Origin: Trichosphaerium sp. ATCC 40318
Lineage: Eukaryota; Protista; Tubulinea
DNA length: 64,000 nucleotides
Direction: 5' to 3'
Assembly (NCBI GenBank): GCA_038496445.1
Contig: JALMLS010000065.1
Location: 248,001-312,000 of the forward strand
Translations under genes and position numbers: made by a program
The notes under the pieces: model-generated
Told to the model about the DNA's origin: nothing
Databases searched by the model: none
Seen by the model: the letters and a program-made list of their open reading frames with translations, nothing else
Shown here: one piece after another, positions 23,894 to 37,251 of the stretch
Position numbering within the stretch: position 1 is the first letter of the stretch
How the letters are laid out: the number at the start of each line of letters is the position of its first letter

Positions 23894-26800
23894 TTACATT
23901 AGTCTTACAGGGCTTCCAAACGCAGCCATCCAATTGGTTAAAGATGCGTATGACTGTGCTTTAAATACTAGCTTTACATTGCTATCCTCTAAAGACATTT
24001 TGAGTTAGTAACATTTCAAAAGATACAGGCTAGAAGTCCAGTTGAACTTTGAGAAAAACGTACCTATGTACTTGAGAATAAACTGACTTTTGTTCATTTC
24101 TGCGTCATAACATAGTATGACTTTATTCATTTCAACATATCCAATAGGTGGTCCATACTATGTACTATTAGAAATAACGAACAAGTGCAAAAGTAATACC
24201 TCAGAGTGTTGGTAGTAGAATAAAGTGTTACCACGTAGTTCAACCCATGTTAACCTCCAGCCGTGACCAACTCTCATATTAAGCAAGCTCGTTTGTCGAG
24301 GTTGAGAGAATATATCAGGAATGAGGTACTTGGTAGTCTGAGCACGTCGTGCACGAATTTTCTTCAAAAAAAGTCAGAACGGAAAAATAAAGTGATTTAA
24401 AAATTGCAGGCCTCATTGTGGCTCTAAGTCGCCTACTTACTTTTATAGTAGCATTACCACTTTGATTATCATATAATTGGAATAAATGTTGTAACCACTG
24501 CTCTTTACGGAACTGTGTAGGTACATGTAATAAGAAGCTTTCTTTGCTATTATCTTTTGTAGTTATACACATTTGAAACGCTTTATGTATGCTATCTAAA
24601 CAATTTATCAGTACGCGCTGTAACCACCATTTAAAAATAAAACAACGTTCCAGAACAACAGGACCACAAGCGAAAACGAGAATATACCAAAAAAACACAA
24701 AAAAAAAAGAATACAAAAAAAAAACACGTACTGAGTACATCAACTTCTGGGATATCAAACACGTGCGTTTCAGGTACAAGATACCTATAATATATTAGTG
24801 AACAAAACCAATTGTGTTTTGAAAAAAAACAAAGAAAAGAGGAGCATACCAATGACGAAGTTTGTAATTATTATCTAAAAGAATGAATTGATCTGCGAAG
24901 AGCAAAGCAATCATAGATTCAGATCTTATTTCTGTTTGCTCATCAACTTCTGGAGATGTCATAACATCAACACGTGTTACTGGGCTATCAAACAATAGAG
25001 TTCTATTATCTAACTTCTAAAAAATAAAGTAAGAATCTCGCGCACAAAAAAAAGAAGCTTTTGAATAACAATAGCTTGTTGCTTTGTAAACACTTTAAAC
25101 AGTGTATACTTTTGTTGGATATATCCAACCACTTATAACTGCGTCATATTTCAAATAGGGTAATGAGGACGTTGCTATTAGGGTAGACGTACCAAGAATT
25201 TTGCATTCTCATTGTTCTTATAAATGAGTTCTAACGTCTCACGTTGTCTCTTTTTTCTATTCTCTACAGCTATTTTTTCTGTGCACTCCTTGAGTTTCTT
25301 ATCAAGCATATCGTGCGCTTTCATAACTGTACCAAATTCAGAAGAATCTGAAGGTAACTTCTTAGAGTACTCCTAAAACAAAAAAACATGTCAAAACAAG
25401 CACGTTTCTCGCCTTCACAAAGAAGTCAATGCGTACCTTGTGGAATAGTATCAATCGAGGAATATGCTGTACTGGTAATAATAATAAGCTCTCCAACGAT
25501 GTGTCCGTATGCCCTAAAGAGAACAATAAATAACTGCTTAGAGGACCAGTTAAGTTAACCTGAGAATTGTACGTCGCCACCAACGTTTAACTTGTTCATA
25601 AACTTATCAATACGTCCTTCTTGTGTTTCTACTTTCTAAAGGAATATCAATAAGATATCATACAAGCCATGAGTAGGACCTACCGTCAAGAACTTATCAA
25701 ATTCTCTGTTTGTTCGCCTCAGAGTTTTAATTGTTTCTTGTTGCTTTATGTAGTTCTATCTCAAAGTAAGTACGACTATTTACATTAAATACGAAGGTCG
25801 TACATCTTGATTAATGTATCCAGCATAGTGGGCAATATAATCCATCTAATGAAGATTAACATAAGAAAAACATCAAACAACAAAAAAAAAATCAGTTGTG
25901 GAATTTCTCCTTTACAGGGACATAGGGCACTCAAAAGTTAACTTACGTTGCTCAAGTAAATATCAGATACTAAACCTCTATACCCAAATTGAGCATTATG
26001 ATGCTCAAGAAGTAGTAAGACCTTCTGACTCTCCAAGAAAATTGTTTCGAGATAACCAAAGATATCATCTAACGCAGTCTTAGGAAGCAACTTCCTTTGT
26101 CGTAATTCCTATAACATTAAAACTAAGTAACCCAAGGAAGAATAAATAAATAAACAAAAACAATAGGAGCAAACTCATCATTGTAATGATGACACAAAGA
26201 GAGTAGATCAAAGAAAAAAAAACTCACCCAATAAAATCGCGTAACCAAAGTAGCCAGGTTTCTGATGTATTGCCTCTCATAGTCCAATATCTCGTTATGT
26301 ATATGATACAAGCTACTATCAGAGCCCTTTTGTGATATGTTAGTTCGTAGGTTTAAACAACGTGAATCCTCATACACTTGGTCCTTTATACTCAACAACA
26401 TGTTGCTTTGTGAGTTTTTCTTTGCTTTTACTCTTCTTTCCGTTCTTGAGTTTAGCTTTGCTCTCCTTTGATTTTTGAAGACTAGATTCTGTAATAGTTT
26501 AGTTAAATAATTCATATTTATCAATGTAATGATAACGACAATATAAAAAACACGTACTGTAATCTGCAGGTAAACTCTCAGTCTCTGACAGCTACAAAGG
26601 TATAAATATCATTAAATAAATGAGTTTGTTGACGTACCTCAGAGTCAGATGATTCAGATGATTCAGAAGAGTCAGAAGTGTGCGAGGAGGCGTCAGAATC
26701 TTGGTCTTGACCTTTATTTTTGCGGCTTGATTTCTTTGAATCTATTGTTGTTAATAAATATAGTTTATCACGCTTATGATACCTGCGGAGTACTGATCTA

Positions 26801-28130
26801 TAAGGTTAACGAAATCTTTAAGACCTTGAGATACTGCAAGATCATAACATGATTGCCCACGTGTATTTCTGTAAAAAACGTTCAGAAGATGATTACTTTA
26901 AAAAAAGAGGAATTTAACATACTTTCCCTTGAAAGCCTTATGCGCTATAGCACCGTGTTTAAGAAGCAGCTTTGCTGTAGTTAAACAACGTGTGGAAATG
27001 GCATAGTACAGCGGTGTGCGCCCAAGCCTAAGTTATATCAATTAGAGACAAGGTAAAAAATATAATGTCTTGGTACTCTGATGGTGTATTCGGATCTGCG
27101 CCATTTTTTAATAACACCTCTACAACAGAGCTCACGTGACCGAAACTGGCACAATGAAGGGGTGTTTCATCAGCATTAGACATTGCATTTATATTACAAC
27201 CAGATACAATCAACAAAGTGAACACCTTAACGTTCATTAGCGTCTAAAGTGTTTTCTCGGGATTTGCAAAAAAAAAAAAAAAGAAGAATTAGGTTTAGCA
27301 CCTACCTTTAAAAACAATAAATACTCATGCTCTGAGAGCTGTCTAGAAGCTTCAAATCGAACAAGGTAATGCAATGCTGTTTCACCACCGGCACCTCTCG
27401 AATCAACTGGAGCACCGTTTTGCAACAAAAAGTAGCACATTTCGTAATGCTAGGATATCACGTGTTAAAATGGTTCTCTGATGCTTTATATGTCGTAGTT
27501 ACGTACTCTTTTATGTGCCGCAAGCATAAGGGGAGTCCAATTAGTAGCTCCTTCCTCTTGAGCGTCTATTGGGAAGTCCTTAAACAAATTTAACGATTTT
27601 TCTTCTCAAGCGAATCAAAAAGAGCAAAAAGCGTCATGTTGGTGCTTCCCTACGCCGTGACGTTTTTACAAGGGCATTATTTCGCTGATTTTGTTTTTAA
27701 ATATTTAACGTACATCTTCCAAAAACGCTAGCACTGCTACCAAATCATTTCTGTGTATAGCTTGCCACATTTCTTTGTTCTTTGATGCTTTTTTGTACAA
27801 TGAAGCTGTATACTCGCTCTACAAGTTTGTTAGTTCGGTTTAGGGAGTGCCATTGCTTATACGCACACGCTCAGATCTTTGTGACCTGCCCAGTTCAAAG
27901 GTAGAACCAGTGAACCGAACACTTTTGTTTAACCGCACTGGCGTATGCACCTTGCCGCGAAAGCTTTCAGGGCCTAGATTTAATGATAAACTATCATTTT
28001 CAATACCCGCCAACGATAGTTCTCCGCGTGGTGATCGCGGTAGTGGTTTTTTAGAGCGAGCGGACTTCCTTTTGAACCCAAGCATGCTTCTGCCTGTGTT
28101 TTTCTTCTTAATTTTAGGTACAGCACTCAT
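23894..28130 (-). CDS. Ankyrin-repeat Rho GEF (ANK + DH + PH + PH), about 20 introns
   Basis: GETALHYL and ETPLHCAS ankyrins; DH motifs EILDYERQYIRNL and LESLLLLPVQHIPRL; two PH-like C-terminal domains (WVELRGNTLFYY, LTNWMAAF). Confidence 0.85.
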
Positions 28131-28689
28131 TGTGTAAGTTTGTGGGAGTATTAGCGAACGTCAAGCAAAGGATGACACCATCACCATCGGTTTAATTTGT
28201 ACAAAATTGAACTAAAATTGACGTTTACAACTTACCAGAATTCATTGCTTACGTCATAGTGCGTAACAAGGATCACTCATCACTGGCATTACTTTTCTGA
28301 AAGAGCAAGCAGCGCTTTTGGGCACCATTGCTTTTAGAAATTTGCTAATTTTTTGAGTTTGAAAAATATGGCTTTGACAGTGAGTGTCAGTACGTTTCCT
28401 CAGTACAGAAAAAACGAATCACAAAATGGGTTTTGCACCTATAAGTATAGACCATAGATACATATTCAAAATACCAGTGGTGGTGTAAGATTGTGCTGAG
28501 GTGAGTAAAAACGTCTCAAAGGTTCTTTCTTGAATTCCAGTGATTGGCAACAAGCAAATTCGTAATTTTCGACACTATGGGTACTTTAGAAATTTACAAA
28601 ACCATAAAATGCCAGAACGGATTTACATAAAAGGATTCTAACCAGATAATCTACAACTATGGTACTAAAAACGCTGTGCATTGCCTTGT

Positions 28690-29020
28690 TTACAACTTGT
28701 CCATTAACATAAACACAATGGTTTGCAAGCTGTCCAGGTACCACTCTCTGTAGTCGCCGTTTTGTATACCAACAACAAGCAGGTGTGTTTTGAGTTGCCC
28801 ATTGTAAATCACTCAATGTGCCATTATGTCTATCGATCAGATGGTAGAGAGTGGCAAGGAACTTCATAAATATGTAAATAATGGATTGAGCAAAGGATGG
28901 CAAGAGAATGAGCAACTTAGGAACATGGCAAACAGGTTAACTACTGGATGGTATGAAAAAGGACAACTGGTAGCACAAGGAGTTTATAGTATGAAAATGG
29001 ACGCTGGAATTGTTCACTGA
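28690..29020. pseudogene. Degenerate MORN-variant repeat fragments on opposite strands
   Basis: Minus strand: NGQLKTH..GIQNGDYREWY/GQLANHCVYVNGQ, frameshifted. Plus strand: NGLSKGWQENEQL..TGWYEKGQLVAQG. Confidence 0.55.
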
Positions 29021-29079
29021 ACAGCAACTGACGCTAATCTGGTCCAGCTGCCAGGTCAATTGCTTTCGTTCTATTTGTT

Positions 29080-29763
29080 ATGAAACGCAAAAGAGAACGT
29101 AATGTATTAGGTACGCGTGCTTCTTTACTTGTTATAACCGTACACATAGGTAAGAGGTCTACGATCACTCAACAGCTACCACCCGAAGTGTGGGACACGA
29201 TCCTATCGTATTTAACGACAGCTGGCCAGTTTAGAGATTTCGCGCAGTCATCACGACGATTTAACGCTTTAGCATGCTCCTCGCGCCATAAACCGCCTTC
29301 TTACGCCAACTTGATAGTCCATAACGCAATTAAATACGACCACGTGAAAAACCTTGTAGAATGCCTTAAATACTACAATCCCTGCTTAGACGGTTACAAA
29401 AAAGATAGTACACGTGATAGGATTTGGAAACTTAAATGCAGACCTCTTTCTGGGTACTACCTAGAACTTGATGTAGCAGAAAGTGACACTCTAAGAGAAT
29501 TCCGAGAACAGGTGTGTCTTGAACTTGGAGCAGAACATACCTTATTCTGGGCCGGTAAAAGACTAAAACCAGGGGTTCATTGGTACAGTGGTGTTACTGT
29601 TAAAGAAGATACTACAATGGGCAAATTGAATCCTGGCGTTAGAGGAGGTTTCCCAACTGTTCATTGTCTAGTTTGCCCCAACGATAAACAAGGTAGAAGG
29701 AGATCACCCCGTCTACAGTTGAAAAGAAAGGTGGTGAATGGTAAGAATATAATTTCAACATAA
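29080..29763 (+). CDS. F-box + ubiquitin-like domain protein
   Basis: Basic leader MKRKRER, likely 39-nt intron 29111-29149, F-box QLPPEVWDTILSYL..SSRRFN, and UBL-like LKCRPLSG..LDVAESDTLREFREQV..LFWAGKRL. Confidence 0.65.
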   Translation: MKRKRERNVLGTRASLLVITVHIGKRSTITQQLPPEVWDTILSYLTTAGQFRDFAQSSRRFNALACSSRHKPPSYANLIVHNAIKYDHVKNLVECLKYYNPCLDGYKKDSTRDRIWKLKCRPLSGYYLELDVAESDTLREFREQVCLELGAEHTLFWAGKRLKPGVHWYSGVTVKEDTTMGKLNPGVRGGFPTVHCLVCPNDKQGRRRSPRLQLKRKVVNGKNIIST

Positions 29764-30675
29764 ACAAGGTTGTTTTCTCTCTTCTTACTATTTTCTTAAG
29801 GCTCTTGTATTCTGTTTAAACGGTGGTCAAAACAACCTGGTAGGTTTAAATCAGCATGGCCTTCTGCCTATCAATACCTACTAGCAAGGACTGTAGAGTG
29901 CAATAGCCCTTGTGCAGCAAGAGTACTACTTAAAAGTAATAAATTAACAGAAAAGCAAGCCAAGAATGTACTGGAACACAAAGATCTTTGTAAATGGTTT
30001 GCAAAACACCATATTACATTTACATAATAAACATCTTACAGGGCTACATATGCGTAATTCTGTCGATTTACTCAAGGCTGAATAGCCAACTAAATTCGTC
30101 AGAATTCTACTTGCAAGACCATACTTAAGAAAACCAAAAAGTAACGCTACGTTATTTCTGAACATGTGAGATATTTCAAGCGTTTGAACAAACTAGCCTG
30201 ATCCAACAAAGCCAAACAACCAACTGAAGCAGTTTATACGATAGCAAGCAGAAATCACCGACTAAAACTATCACTTGCTTCTTTGAAAAATATGTTTCTT
30301 TATTTCATTGCATTCGCGATTGTGTTATGTAGACTGGAAATGTATGGGCCCAAACATGCGTTACTTGTGGTGTCACCCATTCTACAATAGCTGTTATTGG
30401 GAACGATATAGTAAGCATCAAAAACTGAAACTGATGACAGTTTACTATTACTACTGTATTTCTCAAAGTGGAGACATACGCAACACTTTCAATAAAATCT
30501 TGTTTCGCATTTTGCACTATTTATCGCACGCTTAACAAATTGCTAGTTTTTTGGTGATACACGTGAAGAATATTTCTGGTATTGTCGTTTTGTACTGACA
30601 AAACAATGTAGGTAAGTTATTGTGGTCAAAATCAGTCATTGATAAGTCGCTTTCACTGATTTTGTTTTAACAAGT

Positions 30676-31107
30676 TTGTTGGACCTACCCATGTCTTCTA
30701 ATATGCTTGGAAAGTATGGTTATGGCAAAGTTTACGCTCGTGTTATGATTTGGTATGCCCCAAAGCACGTCACAATGGAACAAATTAAGGATATTATTGA
30801 TGTTGAAGCAGAAGTAGTAGGTATTCTTCAGACTGAGGTTACTTTCGAGCACGAATCTAAACAGATTACGCGTCAACATTTTAGAGTACAGTTAGTAGAC
30901 AATGGAGATCCAAGCAGTATTATGGGGTCACAAGATATCAACAACAAGTTAAGCAAGTTATTTAAAGATAATTCTTGGCGTATGTCACGTGATTTGAAAA
31001 ATAACTCAGGCTGCCCTTCATGGACAGAACTTCTGCCATCTCCTTGTAGATCCATTGAACAACGCCCTATTCCTCCCTCACGCAGGCAGTATTGTTCGTT
31101 GATATAG
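30676..31107 (+). CDS. Hypothetical intronless ORF, possibly the 3' part of a decayed gene
   Basis: 143-codon open frame with protein-like composition. No recognisable domain. Confidence 0.35.
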   Translation: MLDLPMSSNMLGKYGYGKVYARVMIWYAPKHVTMEQIKDIIDVEAEVVGILQTEVTFEHESKQITRQHFRVQLVDNGDPSSIMGSQDINNKLSKLFKDNSWRMSRDLKNNSGCPSWTELLPSPCRSIEQRPIPPSRRQYCSLI

Positions 31108-31539
31108 TTAATTGCCAAGGAAACACCAGACCCTAGTAATGATATTTTAAAAACAATAAATACGAGAATTTACTTGTTCGATATCGCTTAAATAAGCAAG
31201 ACTTGCACTTGAGCGTCAGCTAGGGCAAAGACTCTAAACTCAAAGTGAGTGAGTGATAGGGAATACTAAAATAGAATACGTTAGAACGAGAAAGGACGCA
31301 CCGTTTTGGAAAGAAACTGTGAGTTGGAATTCTCTTTTTAGTCAATAGTGTCTCAAAATGAATACTACGGACAACTATCTTTCACCATAAGCACAAGCAA
31401 ATCGTTTCAAAAAACACCTACCACAAGTATGTAATTGTTGCAGTGTTGTCAAAAAAGATGGCAAACGTATCATTATCACAATATCAAACAAATTGATGTG
31501 CACTTGATTGGTTTATTGTACAACTTGTACAACCTAAAC

Positions 31540-32400
31540 AGGCGAATGATCTATTCTAAAATCCACATTGTTTATTGATTTCTATCACAAACCCTTATCT
31601 TTACCAGTGAATCCTACACGTGTTAACATTATATCAACAGTGGAATGTACTAACTTGTTTTTTAGTTGCGATATTGACAATGTCTTTAATATCACATTCA
31701 TCTACAATACTAATCCAGGAATCTGCAACTGCATGATAGTACTCAAACTGAGAATCAATCGAGATACCTGCTTTTGCATAGCAATATGTACGAAACCATA
31801 TAAGCGAAGCATTCACTATCCAACAAAAGTTTAAAGGCAAAACATGTGATTTAGCGTACAGTTGAGTTTTAGAATGTACATCTTGTGATCGTTAGCAAGG
31901 AGTACATCACAAGTATCCGGTGATAAAATACGAGCTCTTTTCGTCTGTGATATTACTTGTACGTCATCTATAGTATCTCTTGGTCGTTTCTTTTGCGTAG
32001 AACTTTGAGCATTTGTTTTTTTTTTCTTTTTAGTCTGAATGTTCCTGATTTTTTCTATTGACTGACATTGCCTAAAGTCTGGAACGTTACTACAATTAAA
32101 GATGCTAGTAGCCTCTCCAGATTTTGAAGTGCTTGTTATTCCATAAGAACGAAGCTTCCTTGCTGTCAGTTTATATGTTGCGTCTTTTCTCCACCCATTT
32201 TTCATGGCCTTCACAAACGGTTGTTTTTCAACTATAAACCTGTTCTCTATCAAAAAAAGCGAACAAAAAAACGGTTTATTGCTAACGTAGTTGGGGAAGT
32301 CCATTGAGCACGTGCATCGTTTTTATCCTCAAGTATTTTAAAAACAGGTACAAGTGCGTATCTTGTAATATAGACACTAAGGAATAGCGTTAAACATAGA
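31540..32400 (-). CDS. Hypothetical basic protein, spliced; boundaries uncertain
   Basis: Two adjacent open frames (31831-32304 and 31634-31840) with GT-AG candidates and NLS-like KKRPR and KRAR. Confidence 0.35.
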
Positions 32401-32989
32401 TGAGAAAGCGATCAACTAACCCTGAAGGAAGTTCACTTTTAACGTCATACAAAACATCGTTAGAAGTGGTTGTCTTGCTGCTAAACAGATTGTATACGCT
32501 CGATAACATTCAGTTTACTGTCTTGTCACGTACGTGTCTCAGGCGAAAGCAGTCAATAAACGTCCAAGATTAGTACACAACCCACTTAGGACAATCGCTC
32601 ATGAATAGCAGTGGTGTATGTTCATGAACCTTTTTGAAATGCACGTTCTGTTGAACGTTTTACAGTATTCTGGCTTGCAATAGAAACAACTAACATCTAC
32701 ATTCTAAGGTATTGTAGTACTTTCCTTTGTCCGCTCAACCATTAATTTCATATAGACATAGGAGCGTGCTTGTGAGACAGTTTTAAAACATTAGGATTGT
32801 TTGATTTTAAACAAATTTTCAAACTTGTGCAAAAACTGTGCTTGTACGATGTGTGATGTTATTTTTTTTCTTAGTTGGAAATCGCAGCAGATTTATTGGT
32901 TAATATTAGACTTGTTTGATTTGCTATAATTTTGCCGTCAGAACAACAAACACTTGCTGGCACTACCTGTTAAATAAATGGTTTGTCAA

Positions 32990-33370
32990 TGTTTTCACAC
33001 AAACACCTGTCAGCGCTTTAATCAATTTGTTTGATATTGAAGTGCGTGCCACTAACATCAAGTGTATGGACATTTTTAAGTGCTTTGACACCCTCATCTG
33101 TCTGGGGCAATAAGCAATGGAAATAGTATGCACATCTTTAAGTACTTTGATACCTTCATCTGATACTGAAGTGCCACTAAGATCAATTTCGTGTACATGT
33201 TTAAGTGCTTTGAAGCCCTCATTCTCACATTGGGACAATCAACAAGGGAAATAGTATGTACATCTTTGAGTGCTTTTATAGCCTCATATGTATGCATTCA
33301 CAAAGGCTGAGGTATGGATATTTGTGAGAGATTTGATGGCTGCATCTGTTACTGAAGTATAGCTCAGGCA
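32990..33370 (-). pseudogene. Decayed VHTI-type LRR array
   Basis: LSYTSVTDAAIKSL, KALKDVHTISL, VHEIDLSGTSVSDEGIKVL, spread across several frameshifts. Confidence 0.8.
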
Positions 33371-33859
33371 AAACCTTCCCTCAGAATGCCTTATAGGTTG
33401 GTCATATCTGTTTATGCTATTTGCTGTTTAAACAGAACTTGATTCGATTGCTGTACTAAGTGCGTATTTGATTCATTTAAAACCTATCAAACCTTCGTGG
33501 TTATCCGGTGTAATTGTATTAAAAACATTTGAATGGTTACTGCGATAATACGCCAGCACTTGTTCTATCGAAACACCCAAAAAATTTATCTTGGCTTGTT
33601 GCACACCGTTGAAGCTTGAGTTCTTGTGATTTTACCTGAAAACACGTGATTTACAGCTTTATTTTAGAGTCCTGATTCTCTTAGAACCTTTAACCTCTTA
33701 AGATATGAAGACGGCGATACAGTGATCATACAAAATAAATAGCACGTGTCAAAACAAAAAAACCTCACGTGATATTTGATTTTAATGTTAAAGTGTTTAA
33801 GAGTAAGGAACCAAGTTATTCCACTGTCAACTTTTTTCCTGACTGTCTTTTGTAAAGCA

Positions 33860-35899
33860 ATGGCTTTGCATTGTAGATGCGCACTCCTTGGAAGTAGTGT
33901 TAACCGCTCAAGTAGGCGTGTAGTTTATTCCAAAGCAATTATAGTAAAACCGCGTGTATCAGTTCGCTATGCTGTCTCTCCGCATCTACCAAAGAAAATA
34001 CAGGCAATTGAAGCTTCTATGGCCGCTAGAGAACTTTGGAAGACCCAATCTACTGAAGAGCGCACAGAGGTACTGTCATGTGTTTTTGGCATGCGTTTAA
34101 TGCTCACACAGCCTGGAATAACCGCGAAATTCAAAAACATGCCTGTAAATGAAAGAATGCTTCGCTACATACAAGAGGAAGGTTTTGGGCGATACAAAGC
34201 ACCTAGAGGTGTGAAAAAAGAAACTCAGATCGAAAATAAAAACAAACATCGCATGATACGAACAGAAACTGACAAGGTGCGCTTATTTCAATATTTGTGA
34301 CAGACTGTAGTCTATTTCAGAGCAGATACATCAAAACGACTCGTCGACGCGTCAAACGACTCTCTATATGATTGACACATTGTTGATAGGCTTTTGCGCG
34401 ATCGGAATTCCTAAAAGTGTTTGAGGCAGGACACAAGAGCGCATTTCCTAAAGAAACGCTTCCTGAAGTAGCGGTAATAGGTACACAATCGTTTTTAATA
34501 TATTATAAGAGAAAGACGGTTCTAACACGCTTGAAAGGGAGGAGTAACGTAGGAAAGAGCTCTTTCGTTAATGCCCTTACTGAGAAGTTTATAACTGGTG
34601 TATCAAGAAAGCCAGGGCATACACAGACGATCAGCTGGTACAGGTAACGTCTTTTTACTGAAGAAGAAAAAGATACTTCAAAAAAAAAGTTTGAAAAGTT
34701 TTTCGGTTTGTAATGTTTTTGCTGGTGCTTGCGCACATGTGATTTTATTCTAAAAATCTTGTATTTAATTAACACTATTTTAGTTTGCGCAAACAAATGT
34801 ATCTCGTTGATTTACCAGGGTACCAAGCTCGTAAAGAATTTATCTCTTTTTTTTTGACAGTTTTTTCTCTTGAGCATTTCTTGAGACTTTTTGCTATCAG
34901 AGAACGTTTAGATATATTCACATGCGAAGGTTGTGTTATATTAATTGCATAATTTCTAGGTATGGGTTTGCTTTGGCACCTCAAGAACGCAGAGAAAGTT
35001 GGGGAACAATGGTTATTAACTACATAACTATGAGGAAGACGTTGAAACGTGTTATTGTACTTATAGACTCAAGACAGTCATTTAAACAACTTGATTTTAC
35101 GCTTTGTGATTATTTAGAGAGGTATGTTTATAGACTCTATTGAACCGGGGGCAGAGTACAACTCCTCAAAAAGTTTTATTTTAATTTTCTTTTTTGGCTT
35201 GTTCTTTTGTTTTTGCTGTTCTGACGACTTTATTACAGTATTAAAATGAGATTTAATATTGTACTGACCAAAACGGATATGGTTGATCAAGAAGATCTCG
35301 CCAAACAACAACAATTAACTACAAAGGTAAAGGTCAAGCTTCAAAGAATAACAAAGCATTTTTTTATTGTTTCAATTGTAAAAATATTTTCGCTTGTAAA
35401 GTGGTTTAGATTATTGATCAATCTCTTCGAGTAATAGTTTATTAGATAGCACAAAAGTATAGATGTCACGTTGGTGAAGTACATATGATGAGTGCAAAGA
35501 CTTTCGCTGGTACAGCAATTTCCATCCGACTACAACTTTTTTTTTGTTCGGATCACAATTCTGTCACGTGTTTTTTAAGTGGACTCATTCATTATTTAAG
35601 GTGTTTCAAAAATACGTAATCTTTTATCTACGTTTACTTTTAGAAAAATAGGTGAGCATGAATACCTCAGTACCCTGTGTTTTAAATACTGACAATCAAA
35701 AAAAAATAGAGCAGAAAAACCTACACAACAGCAAAAGAAAAAACCTCCTAAACCTAACTTGGGTCTTCGTGATCTACTAAAAACAGAAAAGCAATTAAAA
35801 AATAATGAAAGATCAAAAGAGTATAAGGACAGGGTTGCAGCTGCTGAAAAAGCTAAGAAGAAGAGTGAGAAACCAACTTTAAAAAAAATTGCATTGTAA
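33860..35899 (+). CDS. EngB/YihA-family ribosome-biogenesis GTPase, probably organelle-targeted, spliced
   Basis: LPEVAVIGRSNVGKSS (G1), PGHTQ (G2), VDLPGYG (G3), LTKTD (G4). Arg/Ser-rich N-terminal extension. Confidence 0.9.
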
Positions 35900-36269
35900 A
35901 ATACCAAACAAAAAAGTCGCACTGGAGACGCACATGTGTTTACACCTTTATTTTTTTGCACTAACAGTGCATGTTATGTGTATCTACAAATAACACCTTG
36001 TATAAAGTGGCTATACGTACAGAGACATGTAAAGTACTCTTTGTTAAAATCAAGTTGCGTGTACTTTCTTTCTCCATTACTCGACTTGAGAATGCTGGTA
36101 CTCAAGTTTTTTGTATATTATCGTATCTCTCATTACGTTCACCATGTAGTTTTGTATAATCTCTAATCCTACTTACAACACGTGGTTCGTGCGTCAACTC
36201 TACACAATGATGCCGAATTTGGCAGCATAAATCACGTATTTGATGGATAAATACTAATACAACAGTGCA

Positions 36270-37204
36270 ATGAGTCTAATTAATACCTACGTAATCGTGC
36301 TGTTGTTTATTACCCTCTCAGCGGCGTTGTCTATCGAAATACCATTCCCTTTCCCTCCAGGTTACGATAAGGTTGCATTCAGTACACAAGCCATACTACG
36401 CCTGAAAATAGTTCCAAAGGCGTAAATACACTTGCTTTCATGCGTACAACGACAAAAACATACTATGTACCACAACAATACTTTTAAACATCTTCAATCG
36501 CTGTGACTACCTGTAAAAACCATCCTACATGTGTATATTCTTCTAATGTATTTTAGCTTAAGAACATTACTATACCTCTAGGAGGTGGCACTACGTCAAT
36601 AGACTCCACTATAACCTATCAAAACGACACAATTGTACGCTATGTCATAGGCTTATGAAAATCCTTTCTTTGGAGTTTGTTGTCAATACCTCTGAGTCAT
36701 TTCGTTGCTCCCAGTAAGCGTTACAAAACTCGTTATCCTTTCATTTCATAGTTTATTTACTTATGCAAACCTTAGAGAACAACATACGATACAGTTCCGT
36801 ATTGTACAGTATCACATGGTAACGCCTTTCCTGGAAACTGTAAAAAATGGCAAAAGGTAAACAATACAGCCGTTTTGATGGGCTGGCACTATCTCACTTG
36901 TTTATCACTTCAAGGATGGAACCACATGGTCTCGTTCATGTATTATAGTGGATGAACCGTATGGATATAAGACTAAGCTTGAAACAGTTGTTAAAATAGC
37001 AAATGGTGATATTTCTTCGATAAAGTTAGTTCAGAATGTTGATAGAATTTCAGTTACTCTTCTCCTTGAAGTAACAAAGCAACTACCATCTCCTACGTTA
37101 TCAACCTTCACCGTACGTATCGTTATTTTCTTAAAGCTATATAGTAACTTGTGCTTCAGATACCTCAACAATGCAAAAAAGAGTTTGGGGTCTTACAACA
37201 ATAA
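36270..37204 (+). CDS. Small secreted Cys-containing protein, possibly ependymin-related
   Basis: Signal peptide MSLINTYVIVLLFITLSAALS and C-terminal PTLSTFTIPQQC (F..P..C ending). Spliced, one GC donor at 36420. Confidence 0.5.
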
Positions 37205-37251
37205 ATAAGTTTTATCAATGAAGGTCAATCGAGTTTATTAGAATAGACAAC

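Noticed and set aside
26638-26680. Short tcagatgat-type tandem repeat (also tgtatc x3 at about 38794)
   Set aside because: Low-complexity Ser/Glu or Asp/Thr coding sequence.
36690-36695. In-frame TGA suggesting selenocysteine or readthrough in the secreted protein
   Set aside because: It falls inside an intron once the GAG acceptor is used; the alternative needs an implausible 16-nt intron.
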